64,000 bases of DNA, taken from Thermoplasmatales archaeon SW_10_69_26 (GTDB lineage Archaea; Thermoplasmatota; SW-10-69-26). A program made the translations under genes and the position numbers. The stretch spans positions 1 through 64,000 of the forward strand of contig PXUB01000045.1 in NCBI GenBank assembly GCA_003009755.1, written 5' to 3'. Below the pieces are notes generated by a model, which saw nothing but the letters and a program-made list of their open reading frames with translations, was not told the DNA's origin and did not search any database. This document shows, piece after piece, positions 18,464 through 28,470 of this stretch (the first letter of the stretch is position 1; every line of letters begins with the position of its first letter).

Positions 18464-19243
18464 ATGACGCTGGCGCGGCTGTCGACCACCGACGGGTTGG
18501 CGCACCTCGTCCTCGACCGTCCCGACAAGCGCAACGCGCTCTCGCGCGAGCTGATCGAAGCCTTGCGCGAGCGGTTGGCTCAGGCACGGACGGCGGACGT
18601 GCGAGCCCTGCTCGTCACCGCCGAGGGGTCCACGTTCTGCGCCGGCGGCGACGTCGCCTGGATGGAACAGCGCAAGGATGATCCAAGCGCGACGCGGGAG
18701 GCCATGGAGGAGCACCTGGGCCCGTTGATCGAAGAGGTCGACGCGTTCCCGGCCCCGACCGTGGCCGCCGTCCGCGGGGCCGCGATCGGCGCCGGGCTGG
18801 GCCTGGCCGTCAGCTGCGACGTCACGATCGCGGCCCAGGAAGCGGTGCTGGGCGCCACGCACGCTCGCTTGGGGCTGACCCCCGACGCCGGCACGAGCTG
18901 GCACCTCACCCGGGCCCTGGGCCCCAAGCGCGCCCTGGACCTGATCCTGGGCGCGAAGACGTTCCCCGGGGAACAGGCCGACGACTGGGGCCTCGTCAGC
19001 GACGCGGTGCCGGCCGGGGACGTCGAGGAAGTCGCTCGCAGGCGGGCTCGCCAGCTGGCCGAGGGCCCCACGCGAGCCCTGCGGACGGCGCGCCAGCTCG
19101 TGCGCGATGCCACCGACGTCTCCCTGGTCGAGATGCTGCGCCGGGAGGCCGCCGCCCAGGAAGCGATGTACGAGACCGAGGACCAGACCGAGGGCGTCGA
19201 GGCGTTCCTGGAGGATCGCGAGCCCGAGTTCGTCGGGCGGTGA
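18464..19243 (+). CDS. Enoyl-CoA hydratase/isomerase (PaaG-like)
   Basis: RPDKRNAL, FCAGGD, GAGLGLAVSCD and LGLTPDAG (Asp-type isomerase signature). Confidence 0.88.
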   Translation: MTLARLSTTDGLAHLVLDRPDKRNALSRELIEALRERLAQARTADVRALLVTAEGSTFCAGGDVAWMEQRKDDPSATREAMEEHLGPLIEEVDAFPAPTVAAVRGAAIGAGLGLAVSCDVTIAAQEAVLGATHARLGLTPDAGTSWHLTRALGPKRALDLILGAKTFPGEQADDWGLVSDAVPAGDVEEVARRRARQLAEGPTRALRTARQLVRDATDVSLVEMLRREAAAQEAMYETEDQTEGVEAFLEDREPEFVGR

Positions 19244-19300
19244 CCGCGCCGGCGGCCCAGCCCCCCAACGCTGATTACGTGGGTTCGCATCCTGGACGGT

Positions 19301-22000
19301 GTGAAACCGGGTGACGTGCTCCAGCTCAAGGAGGGCACGCTGGGCCTGTCCGAGGCCAGCGACCTGTACGCGATCTACCTCGATCGCGTGAAGCGAGGCT
19401 CCAACTACCTCGTCGTCGCGCACACGGTCGAGGGCGAGAAGGAGCTCTCCCGTGACAAGGTCAAGGAGGTCGCCCTCAAGGCCCGCGTCGACGACCCCAG
19501 CTCGATGTCGAGCAACCAGCTCGACGATCGGCTGCGTCAGCTCGTCAACGACATCGAGAGCGGCGGGGAGGCCGACACGAGCATCGAGCGTCGGCACTCG
19601 ATCGACGAGCTCGACGACCGCCGGTTGTGGGAGCTGATCGTCAACGATCTCGACGGCTCGTTCACGCCCGAGGACGCCGCCCGGATGATCTTCGAGGACC
19701 CCGAGAGCGACGACGTGGCCCAGGTCCGCGACGCCCTGCAGTCCTGCCAGCAGGAGGGCGTGGGCTACTTCGAGCGCGCCGAGGGGCGCGGCGAGCGCTA
19801 CCAGGCCTACACCGTCGAGGAGATCACGTCCGCCCGGCGCGCGATCGAGGGCATCCGCAAGCTGCGCAACGAGCTGATCCAGGTCGAGGAGGTCGAGGAC
19901 CCCGAGACCGGCGAACCCGAGACGCTCATCCACAGCCTCCACCCCGACGAAGCCGAGCTCGAGGCGGCGGACCGCGAGCGGTTGGCGACGGTCGCCGACC
20001 AGATGGTCGACTTCGTCCTGCACGACCGCGACCGCGGCAAGGTCGGCCTCGCCGAGACGCCGATCCACACCCTCGACGGGTTCATCCTCAACCGCTTTTG
20101 CCGCTTCTTGGCGTACGACTGGCTGGGCACGCAGGACACCTCGATCTCGGGCGCCTACGTGCGCTTTCTGCTCGGGACCGACCTGCTGGACACCCACGAA
20201 GCCAACGAGCTGGTCGCCCGCCGGCACGTGAACCTCTCCGAGCACTTCGCCTGGGAGTACCCTCAACGACCCGAGCGCCAAGCCAACCGCAGGGAGCTGG
20301 AGCTCGACGACGACGAGCGGGCCCGCCGCACGGATCTGACCCACCTCGAGACGTACACGATCGATCCCACCGACGCCGAGGACTTCGACGACGCGGTCAG
20401 CCTCGTCGAGGACGGCGACGAGGATCTGCTCTACGTGCACATCGCCGACGTCAGCCACTACGTGGAGCGCGGATCGGCGCTGGACTTCGAAGCCCGCGGC
20501 CGCGGCACGAGCGCCTACCTGCCCACGCGCGTGCTCCCGATGCTGCCGCCCAAGCTCAGCGAAGATCTGTGCTCGCTGCGCGAGGGCGAACCTCGGTGCG
20601 CGATGACGGCCAAGATGCGCATCGACGCCGAGGGCCGCGTCGTGGATAGCGAGGTGATGGAGGCGATCGTCGAGGTCGACGCCAACCACGCCTACGAGCA
20701 CGCCGATCGGGCGATCGAGGCCGGCGAGGACCCCTTCGCCTGCCTGCACGAGCTCGCCCAGCGGATGAGCGACCAGCGGATGGGCCTCGAGCTGGAGACC
20801 GACGAGCTCAAAGTCGAGATCGGTCGCGGCGGCGTCGACCCCGACATCAAGACCGGCACGCAGGCGACCAAGCTGATCGAGCGGTTCATGGTCGCCGCCA
20901 ACGAGGCCGTCGCCCGCAAGCTGGCCGACAACGACGTGCCCGCCCCCTACCGCTGCCACCCGCTGCCCGAGCGCTCGGGCGTCGACCGGTTCAACCGGCA
21001 GATGCGAGTCATGGAGCAGCCGATCGAGATCGAGCTCCCGGAGCTCGAAGACGACGAAGAGGACGAGGCCGAGGGCGACCAGGACGCCGACGAGCTGATG
21101 GACGCCCTCGAGGGCGGGGGCAGCGTCGAGCTCGTCGACGGCGGCTTCGTCAGCGACGAGGAGGAAGACGACGAAGAGGACGAGGAAGACAAGGACGCAT
21201 CGGCCAGCCCCAGCGCCGGCATGACGGGGTTGGCCAGCCTCGACGAAGAGGAGCGCGAAGCCTGGCTGGCCCCCTTCCAGCAGGCCCTGGGCTCGATCGA
21301 GGACCTGGGCGACGAGCGCGTGCGCAAGCTCGTGCACCTCAAGATGCTGGGCTGTCTGGGCCGGGCCTTCTACACGCCGGACAACATCGGCCACTTCGGC
21401 CTCGGCTCGCAACGCTACCTGCACTTCACGAGCCCGATCCGCCGCTACCCCGACCTGCTCACCCACCGCCAGATCAAGTGGCTGATCCGCTCCGAGGAGG
21501 AGCGAGCAGACCCCGAGGAGCCCCCGCACAGCGACGAGGAGCTCATCGACCTGTGTCCGCGCGCCAGCGACCAGGGCGAGGAGGCCGAACAGTTGGAACG
21601 GGATCTGATCGCGGTCGCCATGGCCTTCGACACGCTGGTCGACGAGGAGACCCGATCGGGCACGGGCCTGGTGAACGGGCTCACGAAGGGCGGTGTGTTC
21701 CTCACCCTGGAACGGGGTCGCGAGGCGCGGTTGCCGACCAGCGACATCCCCGGCGGGCCGTGGGACGTCGACGACGCCGGGGCCAAGCTGTACAAGGGCG
21801 AGATCGAGAGCCCCGAGGAGCTGACCGAGGAGGCCCAGGAGGGCAACTGGCGGGAGATGGAGGACCCCGACACCGGCGAGCTCGTGCACGTTCGCCTGCG
21901 CCTGGGCGACCGGGTGCCCGTCGAGGTGTCCTCGATCGACCTGGCGACCGGTCAGGTGGCCGTCAAGCTCGCCGGCGGTGGGGACGAGGAGGACGTGTGA
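19301..22000 (+). CDS. rnr: RNase II/RNase R family 3'-5' exoribonuclease (RNB + S1)
   Basis: TIDPTDAEDFDDAVS catalytic motif, VHIADVS, PMLP, HFGL...YLHFTSPIRRYPDL and a C-terminal S1-like domain. Confidence 0.9.
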   Translation: MKPGDVLQLKEGTLGLSEASDLYAIYLDRVKRGSNYLVVAHTVEGEKELSRDKVKEVALKARVDDPSSMSSNQLDDRLRQLVNDIESGGEADTSIERRHSIDELDDRRLWELIVNDLDGSFTPEDAARMIFEDPESDDVAQVRDALQSCQQEGVGYFERAEGRGERYQAYTVEEITSARRAIEGIRKLRNELIQVEEVEDPETGEPETLIHSLHPDEAELEAADRERLATVADQMVDFVLHDRDRGKVGLAETPIHTLDGFILNRFCRFLAYDWLGTQDTSISGAYVRFLLGTDLLDTHEANELVARRHVNLSEHFAWEYPQRPERQANRRELELDDDERARRTDLTHLETYTIDPTDAEDFDDAVSLVEDGDEDLLYVHIADVSHYVERGSALDFEARGRGTSAYLPTRVLPMLPPKLSEDLCSLREGEPRCAMTAKMRIDAEGRVVDSEVMEAIVEVDANHAYEHADRAIEAGEDPFACLHELAQRMSDQRMGLELETDELKVEIGRGGVDPDIKTGTQATKLIERFMVAANEAVARKLADNDVPAPYRCHPLPERSGVDRFNRQMRVMEQPIEIELPELEDDEEDEAEGDQDADELMDALEGGGSVELVDGGFVSDEEEDDEEDEEDKDASASPSAGMTGLASLDEEEREAWLAPFQQALGSIEDLGDERVRKLVHLKMLGCLGRAFYTPDNIGHFGLGSQRYLHFTSPIRRYPDLLTHRQIKWLIRSEEERADPEEPPHSDEELIDLCPRASDQGEEAEQLERDLIAVAMAFDTLVDEETRSGTGLVNGLTKGGVFLTLERGREARLPTSDIPGGPWDVDDAGAKLYKGEIESPEELTEEAQEGNWREMEDPDTGELVHVRLRLGDRVPVEVSSIDLATGQVAVKLAGGGDEEDV

Positions 22001-22432
22001 TCAACGCGCCGTCCGTCCGCGCAGCAGCTTCTCGGTCTCCTCCTTGTGCGTGGTCTCGTCGCTGATGATGTCGTGCAGGTCGTTGGCGAGCCCGAGCTCG
22101 TCGGCTTCCTCGGCCTTGGCCATGAGCTCGGTGTAGCGCTCGATCGCTTCCGACTCGGCCTGGAGCACGTTCTCCAGCATCGCCTCCTCGTCGGGGGGTA
22201 GGTCGACGTCGTGGGCCTCGGTCGCCGGTTCCTCGCCGAGGGCGGACACCTTGTTGGCCAACAGCTCGGCGTGGCCGAGCTCGTCGGCGATCTCGTCGAG
22301 GAAGAACTCCTTCAGCTCGCCGCGGTGGATGCCGCTGACGGCGGCCGCGTACGTGTTGTACATGACGACGGCCTGGTACTCGTATCGCAGCGCGTCGTTG
22401 AGCCCCTGCACCAGCTCCTTCTTGGATGCCAT
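22001..22432 (-). CDS. Ferritin-like / bacterioferritin family protein
   Basis: Di-iron pattern EYQA...DELGH...ESEA...DETTH; 143 aa. Confidence 0.88.
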   Translation of the reverse strand: MASKKELVQGLNDALRYEYQAVVMYNTYAAAVSGIHRGELKEFFLDEIADELGHAELLANKVSALGEEPATEAHDVDLPPDEEAMLENVLQAESEAIERYTELMAKAEEADELGLANDLHDIISDETTHKEETEKLLRGRTAR

Positions 22433-22532
22433 GGCGGATCGTATCGGCCAGGCCCAGCTGGGGGCAAGCGGCTGGCGGCAGGCGAAGATGTGAGGGACGG
22501 TGCCGGGCGGCCGGTTCGACCGATGGACCGGG

Positions 22533-23873
22533 TCACCACGAGCGCTCGTCGACGAGGGCGCCGTCGGCGTCCTGCAGCCTCGCGCGGTCCCCGTCGTTGT
22601 TCCAGACGGCCTGCGAGCGGTCCCAGTACAGGTCCCTCACGGTGTCGTTGCCGGCGCCGGTGCGCACGGTCAGGTTGCCCTCGGGTGCCAGCGTCGTGTT
22701 GGCCGGGAACCGGTAGGTGTGATCGGCCTCGTCGGACAGCGTCCAGTTCGCCAGATCCACGGTCTCGTTGGCTGTGTTGGCGAGGCTCACCCACTCGTCG
22801 GCGAGGTTGGCGTTGTCGTTGCCCTCCGCGTCGTGGCGGACGTGGTCGATCGCGACGGGCCCGGTCGCGTTCGCGGCGGGATCGTCGGGCTCGTCGTCGG
22901 TGTCGTCGCCCTCGTAGCGGTCTTGCTCGCCCGTGGCGGCAGTTGCGATCGCCCAGTCGGTGCCGTCGGTGGTGACCTCGAGGGCGCCGTGGACGTCGGT
23001 GCGGTAGGTGTCGACGCCGGCCCGGGCCAGGCGGTCGAGCACCTCGTCGTGGGGGTGGCCGTAGTCGTTGCGGGCGCCCACGCTCACGAAGCCGGCGGCC
23101 GGTGCGGTGGCCGCCAGCCAGCGCTCGCAGGTGCTGGTCGAGCTTCCGTGGTGGGCGACCTGGAGGATGTCGACGTCGGTCACGAGGCCTCGGTCGAGGA
23201 CGGCCCGTTCGGCCTCGCAGGTCATGTCCCCGGTCAGCGCCAGGGAGACGTTGCCGTAGGTGATCTCGACGGCGAGGGATCCGGCGTTGGGATCGGAGGC
23301 CGAGGCGTCGACGTGCAGCAGCTGGACACGGCCGTGATCGGTCCAGGCCAGCGCCTGGCCGATGTCGAGGTCGGCGTCGGTGAACACGCTGGCGTCCTCG
23401 GCCTGCATGGCTTGCCGGCAGTCCTCCCAGGTCTGGGTGTCACTGGCGAGGCCGGGGTGGTAGATCGTCTCGACGGCGAAGGCGTCGAGCACGACGTCGC
23501 AGCCGCCGGCGTGGTCGGCGTCGGGGTGGCTGATCGCCAGCGTGTCCGGGTCGGCGTCCTCGGCGGCCAGGTGATCGCGGACGGCCGTCGAGCTGTCGCC
23601 GTGCCAGCGGCCCGTGTCGTAGACGAGGGTGTGGTCGGGGAAGTGGACGACGATCCCGTCGCCTTGGCCGACGTCGACCACGTGGACCGTGAGGTTGCCC
23701 TCCGCGGTCGGCGGCGGAGGCTCGTCGAGGGGATCGTCCGCGGCGTCGGGCACCTGGTCGCCGGCTTGGCGGAACACGCGCTCGGCACCCTCGCCGGTCG
23801 TCTCGACGCACCCGACCGTGAGGAGGGCGAGACCGACGAGGGCCACCGCGATCGGCCAGGCGGAGCGCCGCAT
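22533..23873 (-). CDS. ComEC/Rec2-type metallo-beta-lactamase lipoprotein with lamin-tail domain
   Basis: Lipobox LTVGC, DVGQGD, SHPDADHAGG, LTGD, HHGS, NDYGHP; C-terminal LTD (EWVSLAN, VWNNDGD). Confidence 0.9.
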   Translation of the reverse strand: MRRSAWPIAVALVGLALLTVGCVETTGEGAERVFRQAGDQVPDAADDPLDEPPPPTAEGNLTVHVVDVGQGDGIVVHFPDHTLVYDTGRWHGDSSTAVRDHLAAEDADPDTLAISHPDADHAGGCDVVLDAFAVETIYHPGLASDTQTWEDCRQAMQAEDASVFTDADLDIGQALAWTDHGRVQLLHVDASASDPNAGSLAVEITYGNVSLALTGDMTCEAERAVLDRGLVTDVDILQVAHHGSSTSTCERWLAATAPAAGFVSVGARNDYGHPHDEVLDRLARAGVDTYRTDVHGALEVTTDGTDWAIATAATGEQDRYEGDDTDDEPDDPAANATGPVAIDHVRHDAEGNDNANLADEWVSLANTANETVDLANWTLSDEADHTYRFPANTTLAPEGNLTVRTGAGNDTVRDLYWDRSQAVWNNDGDRARLQDADGALVDERSW

Positions 23874-23999
23874 CGGCGCCCCAACCCACCCCTGGCGGGA
23901 TAAGCTGTGTCATGTGTCGTGGCGCGGTGGCTGTGTGAGCCCCGAAACCGTCATCAGGGACCCCCGATTACCTGCTGGCGAGGCCCGATGCACGAGTAC

Positions 24000-24833
24000 A
24001 TGGAGCTGACGTTCCTGGGGACCGGCGGATCGTGGCCGTCGGCGCGTCGCAACGTCTCCTCGTTGGCCCTCAAGCGCGGGTCCGAGGTCGTCCTGTTCGA
24101 TTGCGGCGAGGGCACCCAGCGCCAGTTCCAGCGCTCGGACATCTCCTACATGGCGACGTCGAAGATCTTCTTCACGCACCTCCACGGGGACCACATCCTG
24201 GGCTTGCCCGGCCTGATGCAGACGATGGATCTCAACGAGCGCGAGGACCCGCTGGAGATCTACGGGCCGCCGGGCATCAAGCGCTACGTGAGCCTGACGA
24301 TGAGCCGGCCCTTGCCGGGTCTGAGCTACCCGGTGGAGGTCACCGAGATCGACGACGGCACCACCGTCTGCTTCGACGAGTACGTGGTCGTGGCTCGCCC
24401 GAAGTTCAGCAAGCTCCAGCAGGGCGAGGCCGTCGAGGCCGAGGATGGCTCGATCGTCGAGCCCGAGCAGGTGCTCGGCGATCCCCGACGGGGCCGCAAG
24501 ATCACCTACACGGGGGACTGTCGACCGTGCGAGGCGAGCGTCGAGCTGGCCTACCGCTCGGACGTGCTCGTGCACGAGGCGACGTTCGCCGTCGAGAGCG
24601 AGCGCGCCCACGAAGTCGGGCACTCGACGGCGGCCCAGGCGGCCTGGATCGCCGACAAGGCCGAGGTCCGCCAGCTGTTCCTGACGCACTTGTCCCCTCG
24701 GTACGAGGATCCCGAGCCGGTGGAGGACGAGGCGCGCAAGGTGTTCGAAGGCGCCGAGGTGGCCGAGGATCTGGACACGTTCACGGTGAAGTTCCCGCCC
24801 GACGAACCGCCCGAGGTCCTCGAGGGGCCCTGA
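24000..24833 (+). CDS. rnz: Ribonuclease Z (apparent internal deletion near 24397)
   Basis: FLGTG, DCGEGTQRQ, THLHGDH, YTGD, HEATF, HST and LTHLSPRY present. The segment between VVAR and PKFSKLQ that normally carries motif III His is absent. Confidence 0.88.
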   Translation: MELTFLGTGGSWPSARRNVSSLALKRGSEVVLFDCGEGTQRQFQRSDISYMATSKIFFTHLHGDHILGLPGLMQTMDLNEREDPLEIYGPPGIKRYVSLTMSRPLPGLSYPVEVTEIDDGTTVCFDEYVVVARPKFSKLQQGEAVEAEDGSIVEPEQVLGDPRRGRKITYTGDCRPCEASVELAYRSDVLVHEATFAVESERAHEVGHSTAAQAAWIADKAEVRQLFLTHLSPRYEDPEPVEDEARKVFEGAEVAEDLDTFTVKFPPDEPPEVLEGP

Positions 24834-24873
24834 CGGCGAGGCTTGATGACCGAGCGGACCGTTCGCCGGGCGC

Positions 24874-25872
24874 GTGCGAGGCCGTGAGCCAAGCGTCGCC
24901 GTGCTCGCGCTGGTGTGTCTGGTCGCCGCCTCCGGCATGGTCCAAGGCCACGTGCCCGAGCACCCGGACGCCTCGGATCCCGTCGCGGTCGAGGACCCGT
25001 CCGTCTCCCGCGTGTTCTACCTGGACTTGGGCCCGGAAGACGTCGCGGTGTTCTCGTTCGAGGCCGCGGCGGGCCAAGCGGTCGAGCTGGCCGTGAACCA
25101 GCCCACCGGGAGCGGTGTGGGTCCGCCTCCCGAGCTCGTGCTCGTCGGCCCCGGGTTGCCGAACGGAACCCCACCGCCCGAGGTGCCCGCCGAGGCCTCG
25201 GACGGCGTGCTGCGCGCCGAGGGCGACCGGCAGGGCCCCGCCTACGAGCCGTTTGGACCCTCGGCGGATCGCCGCGTGGCGTCATTGAACGTCACGGCGC
25301 CCGCGTCCGGCACGTTCCACGCGGCCGTGGTCGCCAAGGAGGGCGCCAAGGCGGCGTTCGTGATCGGCTCCCGGGAGGCCTTCTCGGCGATCGAGTGGGT
25401 CACCAACCCGATCCAGGTGCTCGAGGCCTACCGGTGGGCCGGCCAGTCCTGGGCGACGATCGCGGTGCCGGGCGTCCTCGTGGCGGCGGCAGGAGCCCTC
25501 GCAGCCAGCCGCGGGATCGGGGTCCCCCGCCCGCGCACGCCGCGCGAGGGGCTCGTGGCGGCCGGCGGACTCGCGACGCTCGCCACCGTCGCCACGGTCC
25601 TCACCCAGGCCGCGCGAGCGACCGCGGCCACCGGCTGGACGCAAGCCCACCTGGTCACGGGCCTCGTGGCCGGCCTGCCCGGCCTCGTCGCGGGGTTGCA
25701 CGCTCGCCTGCTGGCGGCGGGCGTGACCGGGTCCCGACGCGACCGGTTGCAGCTGGCGGGCCTAGCCGCGTTGGGTTGGGTGACCTGGAGCGGGTACGTC
25801 GTGGGCCCAGCCCTGGTCGCCCTGGCCGCGCTCGCGCCCTCGTCCCCGCGGTTGGACGGAGAGGCCGCCTGA
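24874..25872 (+). CDS. Hypothetical membrane protein with signal peptide
   Basis: N-terminal signal, extracellular beta domain (YEPF motif) and 4-5 C-terminal TM helices. Confidence 0.65.
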   Translation: MRGREPSVAVLALVCLVAASGMVQGHVPEHPDASDPVAVEDPSVSRVFYLDLGPEDVAVFSFEAAAGQAVELAVNQPTGSGVGPPPELVLVGPGLPNGTPPPEVPAEASDGVLRAEGDRQGPAYEPFGPSADRRVASLNVTAPASGTFHAAVVAKEGAKAAFVIGSREAFSAIEWVTNPIQVLEAYRWAGQSWATIAVPGVLVAAAGALAASRGIGVPRPRTPREGLVAAGGLATLATVATVLTQAARATAATGWTQAHLVTGLVAGLPGLVAGLHARLLAAGVTGSRRDRLQLAGLAALGWVTWSGYVVGPALVALAALAPSSPRLDGEAA

Positions 25873-25895
25873 GCCTCCGACGCGCGAGGGTTCCC

Positions 25896-26780
25896 TCAGC
25901 GGGCCACCTCGTCGGCGTCCCGGGCGGCGGCCTTGGGCGCCTCTTGGTCTGGCTGGATCTCGCCCTGCTCCACGAGCCACTCGTCGGCGTCCTCCCTGCC
26001 GGTCTCGATCGCGTTCTCGATCTTGGCCTGGTCGCGGGAGAGGCGCGCGAGCTCGAGGTACTCCTCGGGGTGGATCAACGTCGTCTCCACGCCCGGCGGA
26101 GGATCGCGAGCGATCGCGGCTTGGTCGTTCCAGATCTCGGCGTGGCGCCGCACGAGATCGAACAGCTCGGGGAAGCGTTGCCCGACCACAGCACCGAGGA
26201 TCCAGCTCTCGGCCTCGGACTTGCGCTCGGGACGGTTGAGCACGACGACGATCTCGTCGGCCCCGTCCTCGATCGCTTTCTCGATCGGGATCGGGTCGGC
26301 CAGGCCGCCGTCGAGGTACGCGGTGCCATCGATCTCGACCGGAGGTCCGCTGGCCAGCGGCAGGCGGCCGGTGGCGCGCAGCCAGTCGATGACGTCGCCG
26401 TCGCGGAGATCTTGGTAGACGCCCTCGCCGGTCTCGACCTCGGTCGCGGGAACGATCACGGGGAACGGGGCCTCGCGCACCGCGTCGACGTCGAGGGGGC
26501 GTTCGTCTTGGTACACGATCTCGAACAGCCCGTCGTGGTCGAGCAGGGGCCCCTGGCGGGTCAGCCACCGTCGATAGGAGAGGATGCGTTCGTCGTTGAC
26601 GTAGTCCCAGGTGCGCGCGGCCCGATCGGCTTGCCCGGCGGCGAACCAGGCGGCCAAGGCGCCGCCGGCGCTCGTGCCGTACACGGCATCGAAGGAGACG
26701 TCGGCCTGCTGGAGCCGGGCCAGGACCCCGTTGGCGTAGGCGCCGCGCATGCCGCCGCCCTCGATGACGAGCGCCCGCAT
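25896..26780 (-). CDS. Patatin-like phospholipase
   Basis: EGGGMRG, GTSAG nucleophile elbow and YLDGG motifs. Confidence 0.92.
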   Translation of the reverse strand: MRALVIEGGGMRGAYANGVLARLQQADVSFDAVYGTSAGGALAAWFAAGQADRAARTWDYVNDERILSYRRWLTRQGPLLDHDGLFEIVYQDERPLDVDAVREAPFPVIVPATEVETGEGVYQDLRDGDVIDWLRATGRLPLASGPPVEIDGTAYLDGGLADPIPIEKAIEDGADEIVVVLNRPERKSEAESWILGAVVGQRFPELFDLVRRHAEIWNDQAAIARDPPPGVETTLIHPEEYLELARLSRDQAKIENAIETGREDADEWLVEQGEIQPDQEAPKAAARDADEVAR

Positions 26781-26898
26781 CGTGGGACGCCCAACGCCGG
26801 GTCACCGTTGAAAAAGCCCAACGATGGGCCCCGGACGGCGAGCCTGGTTAGCGATGGAACAAGAAGGTTTAGAAGGGGCCAGGTCGACTCTTCCACCG

Positions 26899-28470
26899 AT
26901 GAGGCTGCAGCTTTGCCTGGCCTTGGCCTTGCTCGTCGGCACCCCGTTGACGGGATGCCTGGGGAGCGGCGGCGAGGATCTCGAGCAGACGGCTTCGCCC
27001 GAGACCAACGCCAGCGAGCCCGCCAACGCCTCCGACGACGGGGAGACCGCGAGCGGGGGGAACACCACGGCCGATCGCAACACCACCACCGACGATCCGG
27101 ACGCGAACCGGACCCAGGCCCCCGGTGGCGGCGGGGGCGGCTCCGATCCCGTCCAGGCCCCGCCGATGGCGACCGTGGCCCACATCGACACCGGGATCAA
27201 CCCCTACCACGAGGCGTTCCGCGACGACAGCGAGCTGGCCTACACCCACCCCAGCGAGTACATCGACGGCTTCCCCGAGGACGCCGAGGCGCTGAACCTC
27301 AGCCTCGACGCCGACACCTACGAGGATGCGCGCGAGCGGGACGCCGACGTCTGGAGCAACGTGACCGACGGCGAGCTGTACTGGATCCCCGGGACCCGCA
27401 TCGTCGGCGCGATCTCGCTCGATGACGGCGGCACGCGCGAGGGCCGAAACGAGACGAAGATCCTCGACGACCACGGCCACGGCACGATGACGGCCTCCCG
27501 CGCCGTCGGCGAGCGCACCTCGCTGGCTCCCGACGCCCGCCTGGTCTCGATCGAGGGCCTGGGCGCCGAGCAGGTGCGCTGGGCCGCCGACGCCGGATGG
27601 ATCGACGTGCAGACCAACTCGTGGATCGACGTCGTGCCGCCGCCGGCGAACCAGCAGCAGGACGAGATCCCCGAGGCCGGCACGGGGAGCACCAGCGAGG
27701 CCTTCGCCCACGCCGCCGACGAGATGGTGACGTTGGCCGCCAGCGGCAACGGGCTGGCCTACCAGGCCGGCTTCGCGCCGACGCCGACGTTCACGCTGGC
27801 CACCGCGCCCGATGGCGTGTTGCTCGTCGGCGCCCACGACAACGGGCACGTGACGCCGTGGAGCGGCTCGCCCCCACACGTCGTGGCCGACGGGTTCCGG
27901 CCGTTGGCCGCCGTGTTCGACTCGATGGACGCCGTCGAACCCCACGCCTACGCCTGCTGCACGAGCGCCTCGGCCCCGTACGCGGCCGGCGGCGTGGCCA
28001 GCCTCGTCTCGCAGGCGCGTGCCGCGCTGGACGATCGCTCCCTCGGGATCGAGGACGGCGTCGTGGCCGAGGGCGACACCGAGCTCGCGGCCGGCCCGAT
28101 GGACGATGGCGAGCTCTCGCGCGCGGAGCTGGAGTCTCTGTTCCTCCACACCGCGCAGCGGACGCCGTTGGAGACCACGCACGACGGGGATACGCACTGG
28201 GCTGCCGACCCGCAGGAGGACGAGCCCCGGGACCCGACGGGTCCGGGGGAGAACGCCTACTGCGTCGGGTGCCTGAGCGCGCCGATCACGTTCAACGAGA
28301 TCCCCGACGAGGTGCCGACCTACCTCTACACGGGGTACGGTGCGATCAACGTGTTCAGCGACCGGGCGGCCCTGAACGTGTTGCTGGGCGCCGTCGAGGA
28401 GCCCGGTCGGGAAGACGCCGACCGTTTCTACGACGCCGACCAGAGCGTGCGCGAGACCTACTACCCCTGA
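26899..28470 (+). CDS. Subtilisin-like (S8) serine protease lipoprotein
   Basis: Lipobox LTGC, HIDTG (Asp), HGHGT (His), ASGN oxyanion Asn and CCTSASAP (Ser). Confidence 0.8.
   Translation: MRLQLCLALALLVGTPLTGCLGSGGEDLEQTASPETNASEPANASDDGETASGGNTTADRNTTTDDPDANRTQAPGGGGGGSDPVQAPPMATVAHIDTGINPYHEAFRDDSELAYTHPSEYIDGFPEDAEALNLSLDADTYEDARERDADVWSNVTDGELYWIPGTRIVGAISLDDGGTREGRNETKILDDHGHGTMTASRAVGERTSLAPDARLVSIEGLGAEQVRWAADAGWIDVQTNSWIDVVPPPANQQQDEIPEAGTGSTSEAFAHAADEMVTLAASGNGLAYQAGFAPTPTFTLATAPDGVLLVGAHDNGHVTPWSGSPPHVVADGFRPLAAVFDSMDAVEPHAYACCTSASAPYAAGGVASLVSQARAALDDRSLGIEDGVVAEGDTELAAGPMDDGELSRAELESLFLHTAQRTPLETTHDGDTHWAADPQEDEPRDPTGPGENAYCVGCLSAPITFNEIPDEVPTYLYTGYGAINVFSDRAALNVLLGAVEEPGREDADRFYDADQSVRETYYP

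Noticed and set aside
17948-21889. 1313-aa minus-strand ORF, and similar long ORFs (9966-12692, 42878-46321, 54839-58483, 55939-58956)
   Set aside because: Shadow frames of real genes caused by high GC and codon bias; only short sub-segments correspond to real genes.
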